From Mobula hypostoma (Eukaryota), in assembly GCF_963921235.1 (NCBI RefSeq), contig NC_086118.1, positions 21,020,001-21,084,000 on the forward strand: 64,000 bases of DNA, in the 5' to 3' direction. Positions 1 through 11,394 of this stretch are shown here, one piece after another. The notes beneath the pieces are model-generated. The model saw only the letters and a list, made by a program, of their open reading frames with translations, had not been told where the DNA came from and searched no databases. The translations under genes were made by a program, and so were the position numbers. Each line of letters starts with the position of its first letter. Position 1 is the first letter of the stretch.

Positions 1-569
1 AGTTGTTATTTTCAATTTAAGAAGGTCAAAGGCATCTGAGGAATAGTTGTAATGGACTATGTTTCAATGGTGAATAGTAGTCATTCAACTAGGGCCAGTG
101 GGGAGACTGCTTCCTTCTATAGCTCAAAAAAAGCCTCTTTGCAGTAATCCTACTTCTTTAGAATTTGCTGTGGTTAGGACTTCCTGTTTTCGAGTCAGTC
201 TTTATATGACATCCCTCAGTCTACTTCAGTTTTCACTCCATGGGCATCTAACCTGGATGTCGGTCAACAATTGACTGGCCTTCAAGTTTGGGGGCTATGC
301 AGTCAAATAGGAATGTGATCCAAACATTTACAAGAGCTTCCCATTGTAGGATTTCACAAATCAAATGGCAGAGGTGTTTTATGTTTAAGAAAAACCGTAC
401 CAACTCATTTATTGTACTTCAAACACATAACACAAAGTGCGCTTAAAAAAAACTTTCTGTAATTACATCATCACATCAGACCTGCCTCATAAGGTGAACC
501 CCAACTCAATGTCGACGATTGTGAATTATGTTCATTTCCACCAACTGCATTACCCTACATCTTTCCCAC

Positions 570-886
570 AGGAAAATTTGTACATCATCTGCTTGACTGT
601 GGAGCCCAAACTCTTTAGAAATGGTTTTGTATCCTTTTCCAGCCCGGTGAGCATCAACAACGTTTTTCTGAGGTCCTCAGAAATTTCCTTTAATCAATGC
701 ATGGCTCACTTCCAAAAACCTGCGTGGTGAAGATCAGACTTTGATGGTGAAGACCCAAGTGTATGTTCTTTAAATAGGGCAGGGCCTCCCACACTCACAC
801 CTGATTGTCATCCCATTGATTGAAACACCTGACTCTAATTTCCCCTTTAAATAAACTGATAATCCTAATGGTTCACATACTTTTCC
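570..886 (-). mobile_element. Tc1/mariner remnant: transposase N-terminus and subterminal region, interrupted by the LTR element
   Basis: The minus strand of ~702-570 reads M-H-*-L-KEISEDLRK..VDAHRAGKGYKTISKEFGLH, a disrupted Tc1 paired-like HTH start. GGTTCACATACTTTT at ~870-884 is an inner direct repeat of an IR/DR-type terminus. Confidence 0.8.
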
Positions 887-1845
887 TGTGACAAGAATAC
901 ACATAGATGTTAGCTGTCCTGTGTGATCAGCAGTTGGTCTGCCACCTGTCTTCGGGAGAGAGAGAGATAAGGAAAACAATGAGCAGCATTTGGGAGATGT
1001 GTAATGAAGGGACAGGAGAGAGAGCTGTCGAGAGCGGCTCCCCCTTTGAACCCTGAACTGTTTGAAGTGATGGACAGGCGATTTGGAGATATGTAATGAA
1101 GGGACGGGACAGAGAGCTGTCTAGAGCGGCTCCCCCTTTGAACCCTGAACTGTTTGAAGTGATGGACAGGCGATACCCCAGCAGGGGGATAAAAAAGGAC
1201 AGGTTCGCTAAGGCAGGACACACACGACACCACAAGGTAATGAGACCCTGGGAGCGGTGCCCCCTCCGCAAGTTGGCGGGAGTCGTTTGGAAGGCTGGTT
1301 GCGGAACCAAGCCTTAGACGCACAGGGTGGAAAGGTACGATCAGCGGGAACCCGGTGTGTGTCCACCCTCGCTTGGGTGCCGGGTTCACTGCAGAGGATC
1401 GACCGCATCTGGAGGAGGGGTCACAGTCGGTGACCTCAGGTGACATCACGAAGGACTCGCCCGAAAGCTGCTTGTGAGCAATATTGCAGGTCTGTGTGTG
1501 GAAGCCGTTTTGAATGATCATTCGTTCTTGTTCTCTCTCTCCTTCCCCCCACATTGTCCATCGCCATGGCAACGATTACTGCGAACTGAACTAAATTGAA
1601 CTGGACTTTGTGTCACTTTGAAATTGGTCATTTACCCCTAGACAACAATAGAGCTTGATTGATCCTGTTATCTTAATTCTGTGCACATGTGTCTTTATCA
1701 TTGCTGAACTGTTGCATTTATTATTTTCTTTCGATTACTGTGTTGCTTGTTTCTTTAATAAAACTTTCTTAGTTCTAGTAATCCAGACTCCAACTGAGTG
1801 ATCCATTTCTGCTGGTTTGGTAACCCAGTTATGGGGTACGTAACA
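887..1845 (+). repeat. 5' LTR
   Basis: Starts TGTGACAAGAATAC and ends GGTACGTAACA. About 26 differences from 5028-5987 by manual count (~97% identical). AATAAA at ~1757. Confidence 0.95.
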
Positions 1846-1849
1846 TAAG

Positions 1850-1875
1850 TGGGGTTCTCGTTCACGATTTTGAAC
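1850..1875 (+). promoter_or_regulatory. Primer-binding site, degenerate tRNA-Pro-like
   Basis: TGGGGTTCTCGTTCACGATTTTGAAC begins 4 nt after the LTR and resembles the tRNA-Pro 3' complement TGGGGGCTCGTCCGGGATTTGAAC. Confidence 0.6.
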
Positions 1876-1944
1876 GCTAAATTTGGGATGGAGTAAATTG
1901 ATTGGGTCAAAATTCCCGAAAGAAAGAAAAGACAAACAGCAGAA

Positions 1945-3120
1945 ATGGAGGCTGAGGAATTTATAAAGGCGCCGACCTTGGAGGCATTAGAGGATGCCAG
2001 GAAATCGGAATTGGTAGCTGTGGCCAAACGGTTGAATCTTGCTAAGGGGAAGTCGACAATGAGGAGAGAGGAGATACACAGAGCTATCGTAGAGCACTAT
2101 GTATCAAAAGGTGTGTTTCCCCAAGGCGAGCTGGAGGTGGTGTCTATTGAAAAACCTGCTGGAGACGCGGTACAGGTGCAGCTTGAAAAACTGAGACTCG
2201 AGCACGAGTTCCGGGTACGGCAGTTGGAGCGAGAAGAGAAAGAGAGGGACAGGCAGTTACAGCGAGAAGGGCAGGAGAGAGAGTTAGAAAGGCAAGCGAG
2301 AGAGAGGCAGTTGGAGCGAGAAGGGAGGCAGTTGGAGAAACAGAGGGAAAGGGAATTTGAGCTGGAGAAGTTAAAAATAAGGGCCGAGCAGGGGCTCGTG
2401 CCGAACCAAGGTGGAGGGTTCCGGGCGACCCAGGAGTTTAGGCTGGTTCCCCCATTTGACGAAACCGACGTGGATCGGTACTTTCTCCACTTCGAAAAAG
2501 TGGCTATAAGTCAGGACTGGCCGAGGGATAAGTGGGTTGTTTTGCTTCAGAGTGTACTGAAAGGGAAAGCCCAAGAAGCTTACTCAGCTTTGTCCGCGGA
2601 AGATGCCCAGAGGTATGAGGTGGTGAAAGAGGCCATCCTCAGGATTTATGAGTTGGTCCCGGAGGCATACCGGCAGAGGTTCCGGAATGCGAGAAAGCAG
2701 TGGGACCGCACGTACTTGGAGTTTGCCCATGAGATGCAGACATATTGTGAGCGTTGGTGCGCCTCGAAGGGAGTAGAGGGGGATTATGACAGACTGCTGC
2801 AGCTGATCCTGATTGAGCAGTTTAAAGGTTGTGTCCCTGAGGGTATGAGACCCTACCTAGATGAGAAAGAGGCAGCCACGTTAGCCGCAACTGCTAAGTT
2901 AGCGGATGAGTATGTGTTGACGCATAAAATGAAGTTTGCCTGAGTAAAGGCTACCAGAAGGGTAGTCAGGACGGCGGGGAGAGTCCGCCAGAAAAGTCAG
3001 AAAGTAAACCGGGGACTAGTGAGAAGGATAAGGTCGACTGGGAGCAGTCTGGTAGGAAGTCTCCTGGGGTCGTCTGTTATAATTGTGGGAAAGTCGGACA
3101 CTTTGCGTCCAGGTGCTTTG
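1945..3120 (+). pseudogene. gag: Gag (coiled coil, SCAN-like capsid, CCHC zinc knuckle) with a 1-nt frameshift near 2940
   Basis: 332-aa ORF 1945-2943 with LVPPFDETDVDRYFLHFEKVA..WPRDKW..PEAYRQRFR. The frame shifted by one base continues to CYNCGKVGHFASRC at 3075-3116. Confidence 0.9.
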
Positions 3121-3158
3121 CCCCAAAGAAGGAGACGGGAAAAGGAAAAACGGCAATT

Positions 3159-4900
3159 TTGACTGGCTGTATCGAGCTGGTACACGAACCGCTAGGGAAG
3201 GACAGGTCTGCCAAAGTTCAGGAAGGGCGCGAGAAGTTTATCTCGGCCGGATTGGTGTCAGTGAAGGAGGGGTTAAAACCAGTTCCAGTGCGGATCTGGA
3301 GAGACATGGGAGCGTGTCAGTCACTGATACTGAAGAGTGTATTAGAGTTTAGCTCATAGACCCAGGCTGGGGAGGTAGAGGTCAAAGGTGTTGGGGAAGG
3401 GACAGAGTCAGTCCCTTTGCGCCAGATACACTTACAAAGCAACCTGGTCTCTGGACTAGTCACGATCGGGGTGAGGTCCGAATTACCGATGAAAGGTGTG
3501 GAAGTCTTGCTCGGTAATGACCTCGCTGGGGGAATCGTGTTCGAAGCAGTGAGATTGACAGGTCAGCCTGCCAGCATTGAGGCCCCGCCCATGGACTCAC
3601 AGGTTCATCATGGGGCTGCGGTGGTAAATTTTGCTGAGACGTTTCTGCCAATCTTGTACGAGAAGGGGGTAGAAAATGAAAAGAAGGAGTGTAGTGAGAC
3701 AAGAGGTAGTGAGGGAGCTGGGACAGACGTAGCAGTAGCCAGGAAAGAATTTGTGCAGGCGCGGGAGCGAGACGATGGGCTGATGGTTTCGGCAGAGACA
3801 GCTCTCTCTGACACAGACTTGACAAGGGAACTAGTAGGCTATTGTGTGGGGGAGGAAGTGCTAAGGAAGCAAAGGAGACCAATTACCGTGCCCGCAGATG
3901 AGGAGTGGGGGGTGGTGCAAAAGAGTTATGGGGATGAGGTTTTTAACCTGGCCCACGAGGTACCCCCCGGTGGATATTTTGCGGTGCTGGAGGAAACAGT
4001 TGGTGGAATCATGAAAGAGGTTTACCGGCTGCTCAGGGGGAGGATGTTATTGATTATGACCTACGCGAACTGAGACGGTCACAGGCTTTTGATATGCTAA
4101 CAAACCTAGTCGGGGTTAGCGTGGAAATCAATAAAGCTAGGGTCCCCCCAATAAGAGAGAAAAACCATTTTGAAAAGATGAGTATGGTATCGACCAGATG
4201 GGAGAAGGCTATTGTTCTGGCCAGGTCTGCTGATAAGCTCTCTCCCTTAATCCCCGAACAAAGCGACTCTTTAGGAGAAGTAATTAAACGACTCGCACCC
4301 GTATGTTTGATTGTCCCAAGGCGATGCAAAGAACTGGGACGTTGGGTGGTGTCTGTTAAATAGGTCAGCCTAGTAAGCAACAACCATATAGAATGAGTAA
4401 TTCAGTGACTCAAGGGCTGACGAACACAGAGGTGTGTATTGGCAATTTAATACGGCTGTCCGAAGCCAGCTTGATAGTGAACCTTAAAAAAATGAGTTTG
4501 GCCACATGAAGGTCACTTACCTGGGAATTGTGGTGACACAGGGGCAGTTGGCAGCGATGCAAGCTACAGTGCAGGCTATCACTGACCTCCCAACCCCGAC
4601 AGACAAGAGGGCCCTCAGAAGGCTCTTGGAGATGGTGGGGTACTGTAGGAAGTTTTGCAATAACTCTGCGGTCACTACCCCTCCCCCTCCTACTAAGCCC
4701 TTGCGAGAGAAAACTAAGTCGGAATGGGACGACCCTTGTTATTGTGGTCTGGGACAAAACCAAATGAGAGGTTACATAGATCGCAATTCATCAGTGTTTT
4801 TGGCCACTATGAAGTTTGCTGAGTTGGAGCCTGGTCTAAGGGATTATTAATAACACATATAAAAGGGACGTAAAATGTGATTACTGACTGTCTGTCAAGG
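3159..4900 (+). pseudogene. pol: Decayed pol: aspartic protease, integrase N-terminal remnant, RT thumb/connection remnant, RNase H C-terminal remnant
   Basis: RIWRDMGACQSL (DTG-type protease motif), then EVFNLAHEVPPGG (start of integrase zinc-binding region), then VTYLGIVV..PTPTDKRALRRLLEMVGYCRKF (RT thumb), then frameshifted HIKG..NVITDCLSR at ~4855-4900. I found no DDE core and no YxDD. Confidence 0.8.
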
Positions 4901-5015
4901 TGTTGACAACTTCAAACTCGCTGTGTTAGCCAAATAGCTGATAAAGATGTATATTTGTGTGTGTATCAAATAATGTATTCATGTTTGTAGTTTTTACCCC
5001 CCGGTAAAAATCCTT

Positions 5016-5027
5016 AAAGGGGGGAAG
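5016..5027 (+). promoter_or_regulatory. Polypurine tract
   Basis: AAAGGGGGGAAG immediately precedes the 3' LTR. Confidence 0.85.
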
Positions 5028-5987
5028 TGTGACAAGAATACACATAGATGTTAGCTGTCCTGTGTGATCAGCAGTTGGTCTGCCACCTGTCTTCGGGAGA
5101 GAGAGAGATAAGGAAGACAATGGAGCAGCATTTGGGAGATGTGTAATGAAGGGACGGGAGAGAGAGCTGTCTAGAGCGGCTCCCCCTTTGAACCCTGAAC
5201 TGTTTGAAGTGATGGACAGGCGATTTGGAGATGTGTAATGAAGGGACGGGACAGAGAGCTGACTAGAGCGGCTCCCCCTTTGAACCCTGAACTGTTTGAA
5301 GTGATGGACAGGCGATACCCCAGCAGGGGGATAAAAAGGGACAGGTTCGCTAAGGCAGGACACACACGACACCACAAGGTAACGAGACCCTGGGAGCGGT
5401 GCCCCCCTCGCAAGTCGGCGGGAGTCGTTTGGAAGGCTGGTTGCGGAACCAAGCCTTAAACGCACAGGGTGGAAAGGTACGATCAGCGGGAACCCGGTGT
5501 GTATCCGCCCTTGCTTGGGTGCCGGGTTCACTGCAGAGGATCGACCGCATCTGGAGGAGGGGTCACAGTCGGTGACCTCAGGTGACATCACAAAGGACTC
5601 GCCCGAAAGCTGCTTGTGAGCAATATCGCAGGTCTGTGTGTGGAAGCCGTTTTGAATGATCATTCGTTCTTGTTCTCTCTCTCTCCTTCCCCCCACATTG
5701 TCCATCGCCATGGCAACGACTACTGCGAACTGAACTAAATTGAACTGGACTTTGTGTCACTTTGAAATTGGTCACTTACCCCTAGACAACGATAGAACTT
5801 GATTCATCCTGTTATCTTAATTCTGTGCACATGTGTCTTTATCATTGCTGAACTGTTGCATTTATTATTCTTTCAATTACTGTGTTGCTTGTTTCTTTAA
5901 TAAAACTTTCTTAGTTCTAGTAATCCAGACTCCAACTGAGTGATCCATTTCTGCTGGTTTGGCAACCCAGTTACGGGGTACGTAACA
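5028..5987 (+). repeat. 3' LTR
   Basis: Direct repeat of 887-1845 with TG...CA termini. Confidence 0.95.
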
Positions 5988-6177
5988 CCCCAACAAATAC
6001 ATGTAATATTTTTCTCAATAAATAAATGAATGAGTATAATGATCTTGTGTTAATTATTTAATTGGGTTTTCTTTATCTAGTTTTAGGACTTATGTGAAGA
6101 TCTGATCACGTTTTAGGTCATATTTATGCAGAAACAGAGAAAATTCTAAAGGACTCACAAACTCTCTAGCACCACTG
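5988..6177 (-). mobile_element. Tc1 terminal inverted repeat, continuing 570-886
   Basis: Ends CACAAACTCTCTAGCACCACTG followed by TA, i.e. a Tc1 CAGTG terminus at a TA target. Confidence 0.75.
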
Positions 6178-6229
6178 TAACTCACTGGCCCCATTCCCAC
6201 AGTTATTTACCTGCAACCTTTTACCTCAC

Positions 6230-6430
6230 ACATTCCTATCAACTCCTCCAATTCTCCAGACACGCGTCCACACCGGGAAACAATTAACCTTCCAAACTGC
6301 ACTCCTTGGCATGCAGGAGGAAGCCAGAGCACCTGGAGGAAATGCATGTGGAAATGGAGAACGTGGAAACTCCACACAGTCAGCACCCAAAGTCAGAATT
6401 GAACCTGGGTCTCTTGAGCTGGGAGATGGC
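6230..6430 (-). mobile_element. V-SINE (HE1-like tRNA SINE) fragment
   Basis: The minus strand has GGTTCAATTC (B-box-like) followed by CTGTGTGGAGTTTCCACGTTCTCC..TTTCCTCCAGGTGCTCTGGCTTCCTCC, resembling the V-domain. Confidence 0.65.
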
Positions 6431-7110
6431 AGAGTTTCGACCCAAAATATCAACAGTTCCTTTCCCCTGAGAGATGATGCTTGACCCATTGAGTTCCTCC
6501 AGTAGATTTGTTGTCATTCCAGATTCCTGCATCTCCATTGGACCCATCAGACTGGAGTGGAAGCAAGTCATCCTCAATCTAAGGAAATTATCAGAGACAG
6601 GCAACTTACGGTTCACGATCAGCTAATTCCCATCAACCTGTCAGTTCTTGAATCAACGGGCACAACTCTAATCACTAGGATTTAGCAACGCCACAACCCC
6701 TTGCACTATAATGAAATAGACTTTGGGATATTTTTGTTCCATTTTTGACCTTGTAAAAATGTTTGATTTTTTTTTTGCGAATGCTGCTTATGTGATGCTA
6801 TGTGCCTGTGATGCAGCTGGAACTATATTTTTCCCTTACAATAAACTTGACCTTGATTTTGAAAATCTGATTTTCAAAAAAATGAACTATTAAAATAATT
6901 CTGCGCCGACTCAGGAGATTCTACAATCCTAACAGTGATTTGTACTATAATTAATCGTGGGCTCAGTGTTTTTAAATGAAAGAGGCGCGTAGAGTTAAAC
7001 TTTAACTTAGCTTCTGGGTTACTGGAACTGAAGACGATGTCGAAATGGCGCCCCCTGGGCTAACAACGGGCACACTACAGGTATGCAAACTCCAATGCCA
7101 CCAATTCCGC

Positions 7111-7320
7111 AAACAACAGGAATTCTGCAGATGCTGGAAATTCAAGCAACATACATCAAAGTTGCTGGTGAACGCAGCAGGCCAAGCAGCATCTATAGGA
7201 AGAGGTGCAGTCGACGTTTCAGGCTGAGACCCTTCGTCTCGGCCTGAAACGTCGACTGCACCTCTTCCTATAGATGCCGCTTGGCCTGTTACGTTCACCA
7301 GCAACTTTGATGTATGTTGC
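7111..7320. mobile_element. Miniature fold-back Penelope-like insertion (two inverted pLTR 3' ends)
   Basis: Both arms match the Penelope 3' ends at 52640-52750 and 58155-58280. Flanked by TGCCACCAATTCCGC (7096-7110) and TGCCACCAATTTCGT (7318-7332). Confidence 0.88.
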
Positions 7321-7639
7321 CACCAATTTCGTCCTTTTTTGTTCGCTTGGATATATTGGTTTCAAATGTGAAGCTGCACAAAATACTAATGTATAAAAAA
7401 ACATACAAATGGAAACTTGTCACAGAATTTAGAAAAACTAAACATCTTAAATTATGCTTTTAATATGGTTTGAGACTCTATGTTGGCAAATTGTCCCCAG
7501 AGTCTGACAGCAGCATATAGACAGCAGCATTAACATCTACTTTGGAGATCAAATGCTAGTAAAATCAACCAAGATCTTTTATAAAGTGCACAGTGATGTA
7601 CCGTACGCATATCAAACCACAGACAGAGATCGTAAGATC

Positions 7640-7875
7640 TGGTGGTCATAAGACATAGGGGCAGATATAGGCCATTTGGCCCATTAAGTCTGCTCCGCCA
7701 TTTCATCCTAGCTAACCCCATTTCCCTCTCAACTCCATTCTCCTGCCTTCTACCCGTAAACTTTCATGCCCTGACTAACCGAGAATCTATCCACCTCTGC
7801 CTTAAACACATCCAATGACCTGGCCTCCACAGCTGCCTGTGGCAATGAATTCCACAGATTCACCACTCTCTGGCT
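7640..7875 (-). mobile_element. CR1 LINE 3' end fragment
   Basis: Similar to the CR1 3' end at ~34490-34730 (RVVNLWNSLP motif on the minus strand, cataagacatagg tail). Confidence 0.7.
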
Positions 7876-8904
7876 TGTATATCTGTAAATATAAAAAAGA
7901 AAGCAGTTATCTGATAATCAGCAAAAATGTCAGACAATTGTAACCATTATCAGAGGATATTATACCACCAACATTATCCCCTTGTTGCAATTATAACCAC
8001 GTTTGCTTTGCAAATGTAAGTAGATGTCAAACATTGAGGGAAAAATGAAGGGATAGTTCAAAGAGATGACTGAAGGGTAGAGGGTGAATGGGAGAAAGAT
8101 TGAGGGAATTGGGTTGAATAGTGCAAAATGCGGGGCCAAATTGACTGAAAACTCCCAAGAAAGGTAGAACGGAAGGAGGCTTGATGCAGAATATCAGAAT
8201 CAAAATCAGAGCAAACTGGAGATGAGGAGGTTGATTGTGCATAATGACATGAAGAATGCATGGGAGGGGGTTGCAGGGCTGTTAGTAAGAGGGTCTGGAA
8301 GGGAACAGGGACAAAGCAGGCGTACAGATAAAACTGTGGATTTTGTAGGCAGGGACTGGATATCAACATTCACTGAAAAATGCAGGGTTGATAAGGAAGC
8401 CAAACTTTGCTAGAATAGTGTGTAGACATGAGCATGTGTAATTAATTTGACAGAGACTGCAAAGGAGAATGTTAGAAAAGTCAAAGCAGGTCAAGTGGGG
8501 ATTTCAACAGCATTAATGACAAAGGATGATTGTGAGAATGTGCAGTAACTTTGCTAAATTTGTCTTGTCAAACTATCCTGTTTCTCAGTTCTTAAGTGAA
8601 CTCAGAGTGATTCTTCTTTGAATATCACTTAGTTAAAAAGGAGATTGTTAACAAGATTCTAAATTAGTTATAGATAAGATTATAAGTAAGATTTATTTAG
8701 TATCGTAGACTGAATTTTTGACTGTCAAGTTTACCCCAAGTTGCTGGGAATGTTTTGTGTTGCTTCATGTAGCACCAGGGACCTGGAGGAACGTTGTTTC
8801 GTTTTTACTGTGTACTGTACCAGCAGCTTACAGTCGAAATGACAATAAACTTGACTTGACTTGACTATAGATGTGAATACAACCTCTATAGAGGTATAGA
8901 GGTA

Positions 8905-9250
8905 TAGAGATATAGAGAATTAAGAGGAATAGATAGAGTGAACAGCCAGCGCCTCTTCCCCAGGGCATCACTGCTCAGTACAAGAGGGCATGGCTTTAAG
9001 GTAAGGGGTGGGAAGTTCAAGGGGGATATTAGAGGAAGGTTTTTTACTCAGAGAGTGGTTGGTGTGTGGAATGCACTGCCTGAGTTAGTGGTGGAGGCAG
9101 ATACACTAGTGAAGTTTAAGAGACTGCTAGACAGGTATATGGAGGAATTTAAGGTGGGGGGTGGGTTACATGGGAGGTAGGGTTTAAAGGTCAGCACAAC
9201 TTTGTGGGCCGAAGGGCCTGTACTGTGCTGTACTATTCTATGTTCTATCC
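8905..9250 (+). mobile_element. CR1 LINE 3' end, 5'-truncated
   Basis: TRGHGFKVRGGKFKGDIRGRFFTQRVVGVWNALP, followed by the GGGCCGAAGGGCCTG hairpin and a TTCTATG tail. Confidence 0.88.
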
Positions 9251-10609
9251 ATAACATGAATAACTTTAGGAAATGTTAATGGTGTAGATATAAGCATTTA
9301 GACATTGGGAATCACTGTGATATACACCACAATGGTGTCTCTTCACACAAAGGAGAAGGATACGTATAGCTGGGTATTTCTTCCCTCTCCTGTCTGTATG
9401 TTACTCAACCTATATATCAATTCTTGGTCTGTTTGCTCTGTTTTGCTCCCATTGTCCAGTAGAAGTTGCATGAACATATCTCTATATCGCTTCATCCTGT
9501 GGCATCCATTTTGCAGTCTCTAACTTGTGTGCAGCATCTGCTGCAGATGTCTCTGGTGAAATCAGGAACTGGTAGAATTATAGGAAATGACTAACATATT
9601 TTTAAAGATCTGGAAAAAAGCCCCTTTATAGGAACAGAGGAAATACTATTATGTAATAAAACTCATCTGTGGAAGATACATAAATTATAGTAACAATCCA
9701 TATTTATACATTGCCTTTAATACGGTAAGTTACTTAAAGACCCAGCACAGAAACATCATAGATCAAAAATTGACAACTTTCCAAGGATTGTGTCGAAAAG
9801 CTTGACCAGGTGTGCAGTTAGCAAAGAGAGCTTTGGAATGACTGAGATTCAGGGAGGAAATTCCAGGGCTTGTGGCTGAAGGTATAGCCACTTATACATG
9901 GGGGAGAAGGAAATGGAGCCTGTACCAGAAGTTTGGTATCCTCCCAAGGTTCTGGAGGCCCAGAATGTGATACAGCATGGAAGGTGGACATTCAGTCCAT
10001 TGTGGCTGTTCCGTTATTTGTCAGAACTATGTGATTGGCCCCAATCCCTGTTCTTTTCCAGAGAATTACATATTTTTCTTTTAATTTTCTTCTGAACATT
10101 AGCATTTAATTTGCGTCAAGCTCCCTTTCAAACTTTGCAGTACAGGTCACAACACAACTCACTCTGCCATTTCTCCAGTTCCACTTCTTGTTTTACCAGT
10201 TACCTAAAATCCACTTCCTTTGGCTATTGACTATTTTGCTGCTAGAATTAGGTTCTCTTCATATTTAGAGACTTTTCTCAAATATATCGATTGCAACTTA
10301 ATTAAACAATGTGAAAAGTCAACAAACACACCACCAGCCACATTATTTGCAATGAGAGCCAAGGGTGACAGAGCTTGAATACCATTGCTTGTAGTCATAC
10401 AAACAGGTCTTGTGCTATTACTCTGATTTTACAGGATATACTGTTGACCTTCTGGTCTCACCAATTTCTTGCATGAATTGTTAGCAAGATTCAGGAACAC
10501 TGATTACCTTGAGGTAAGTTTGTTTTTGATTTGACAAAGAGGGAAATTTGACTGGACAAAATTGGCACCATGTTATAGTAATACTAAATTTTCAAAAGAC
10601 CTATATATA

Positions 10610-11113
10610 CTTGAATGAAGAGTATACTGACCAATACTAAACCAGGCATGACGACCTGCCTCAGAGTACTGAAATGTTATGTTTATCCAGTTATTTTATA
10701 TGGCTCAGAATGTTGGACAATATCTAGTAACATGAGGTAACGAATTGTAGCAGCAAAAATGTGGTTTTTGAGGAGGATGCAAAGAATATTATGGACGAAA
10801 CGAATATCTAATGAGGATGTCATGAACAGAGAAAATACAAGAAGAGATATAATGTATGAGATCTTGAAAGGGCAATGTAACTTGATTGGACATGTGATTA
10901 GGAAAGAGGAGTTACAATGCACGGTAATTATGGGAAAGATTGAAGGGAAGAAAGCAAGAGGAAGGCAAAGGCAAATGATGATGGAGACAGCAGCCAGAGA
11001 ATTGGAAATGAATACCAATGAATTGATCCACTTGACCTGAAACAGGAGTGCGTGGGCCATGGCAGTCAAAGCTCAAACTGGGCACGGCACCTGATGACGA
11101 TGATGATGATGAT
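10610..11113 (+). mobile_element. RTE-clade LINE 3' fragment
   Basis: YPVILYGSECWT..MWFLRRMQRILWT..GKIEGKKARGRQR and a (GAT)n tail. Confidence 0.85.
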
Positions 11114-11394
11114 ATATACCTGATGGTAATGCATGATTTCATTCTTTCTGTTACATTCAAATATTTGTATTGTTAGTGTATGTTTAATATAATTTCAGGA
11201 ATGTGAGCGTTGATATGAACCTGAAGAACGTGGCCGATGGCGACATCCTTCAGATAGTTCACAAAAATACTCCTTTTACTTCTTCTTTTAAATATGATTC
11301 TACTACTAAGGCGTGTGCAGTAGTAACCTGTGATTTATATTTTGATGGCGTGTTTCTGAGCGATCTGGTACCTTGCTGTCTCTGAGAGAATTCC

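Larger units (their letters stand above)
887..5987 (+). mobile_element. Gmr1-like Ty3/Gypsy LTR retrotransposon, non-autonomous (pol internally deleted)
   Basis: Two ~960-bp TG...CA direct repeats, a PBS, a polypurine tract, gag with CCHC knuckle, and protease, integrase, RT and RNase H remnants in PR-IN-RT-RH order. Confidence 0.93.

Noticed and set aside
910..1572. 220-aa antisense ORF, with counterparts at 4926-5711 and 53798-54340
   Set aside because: It lies within the LTR, has no recognisable domain, and the frame differs between copies; recurrence reflects LTR identity.
2930..2950. Programmed frameshift or readthrough at the gag stop
   Set aside because: There is no slippery heptamer and the break falls before the zinc knuckle, so a 1-nt deletion is the simpler explanation.
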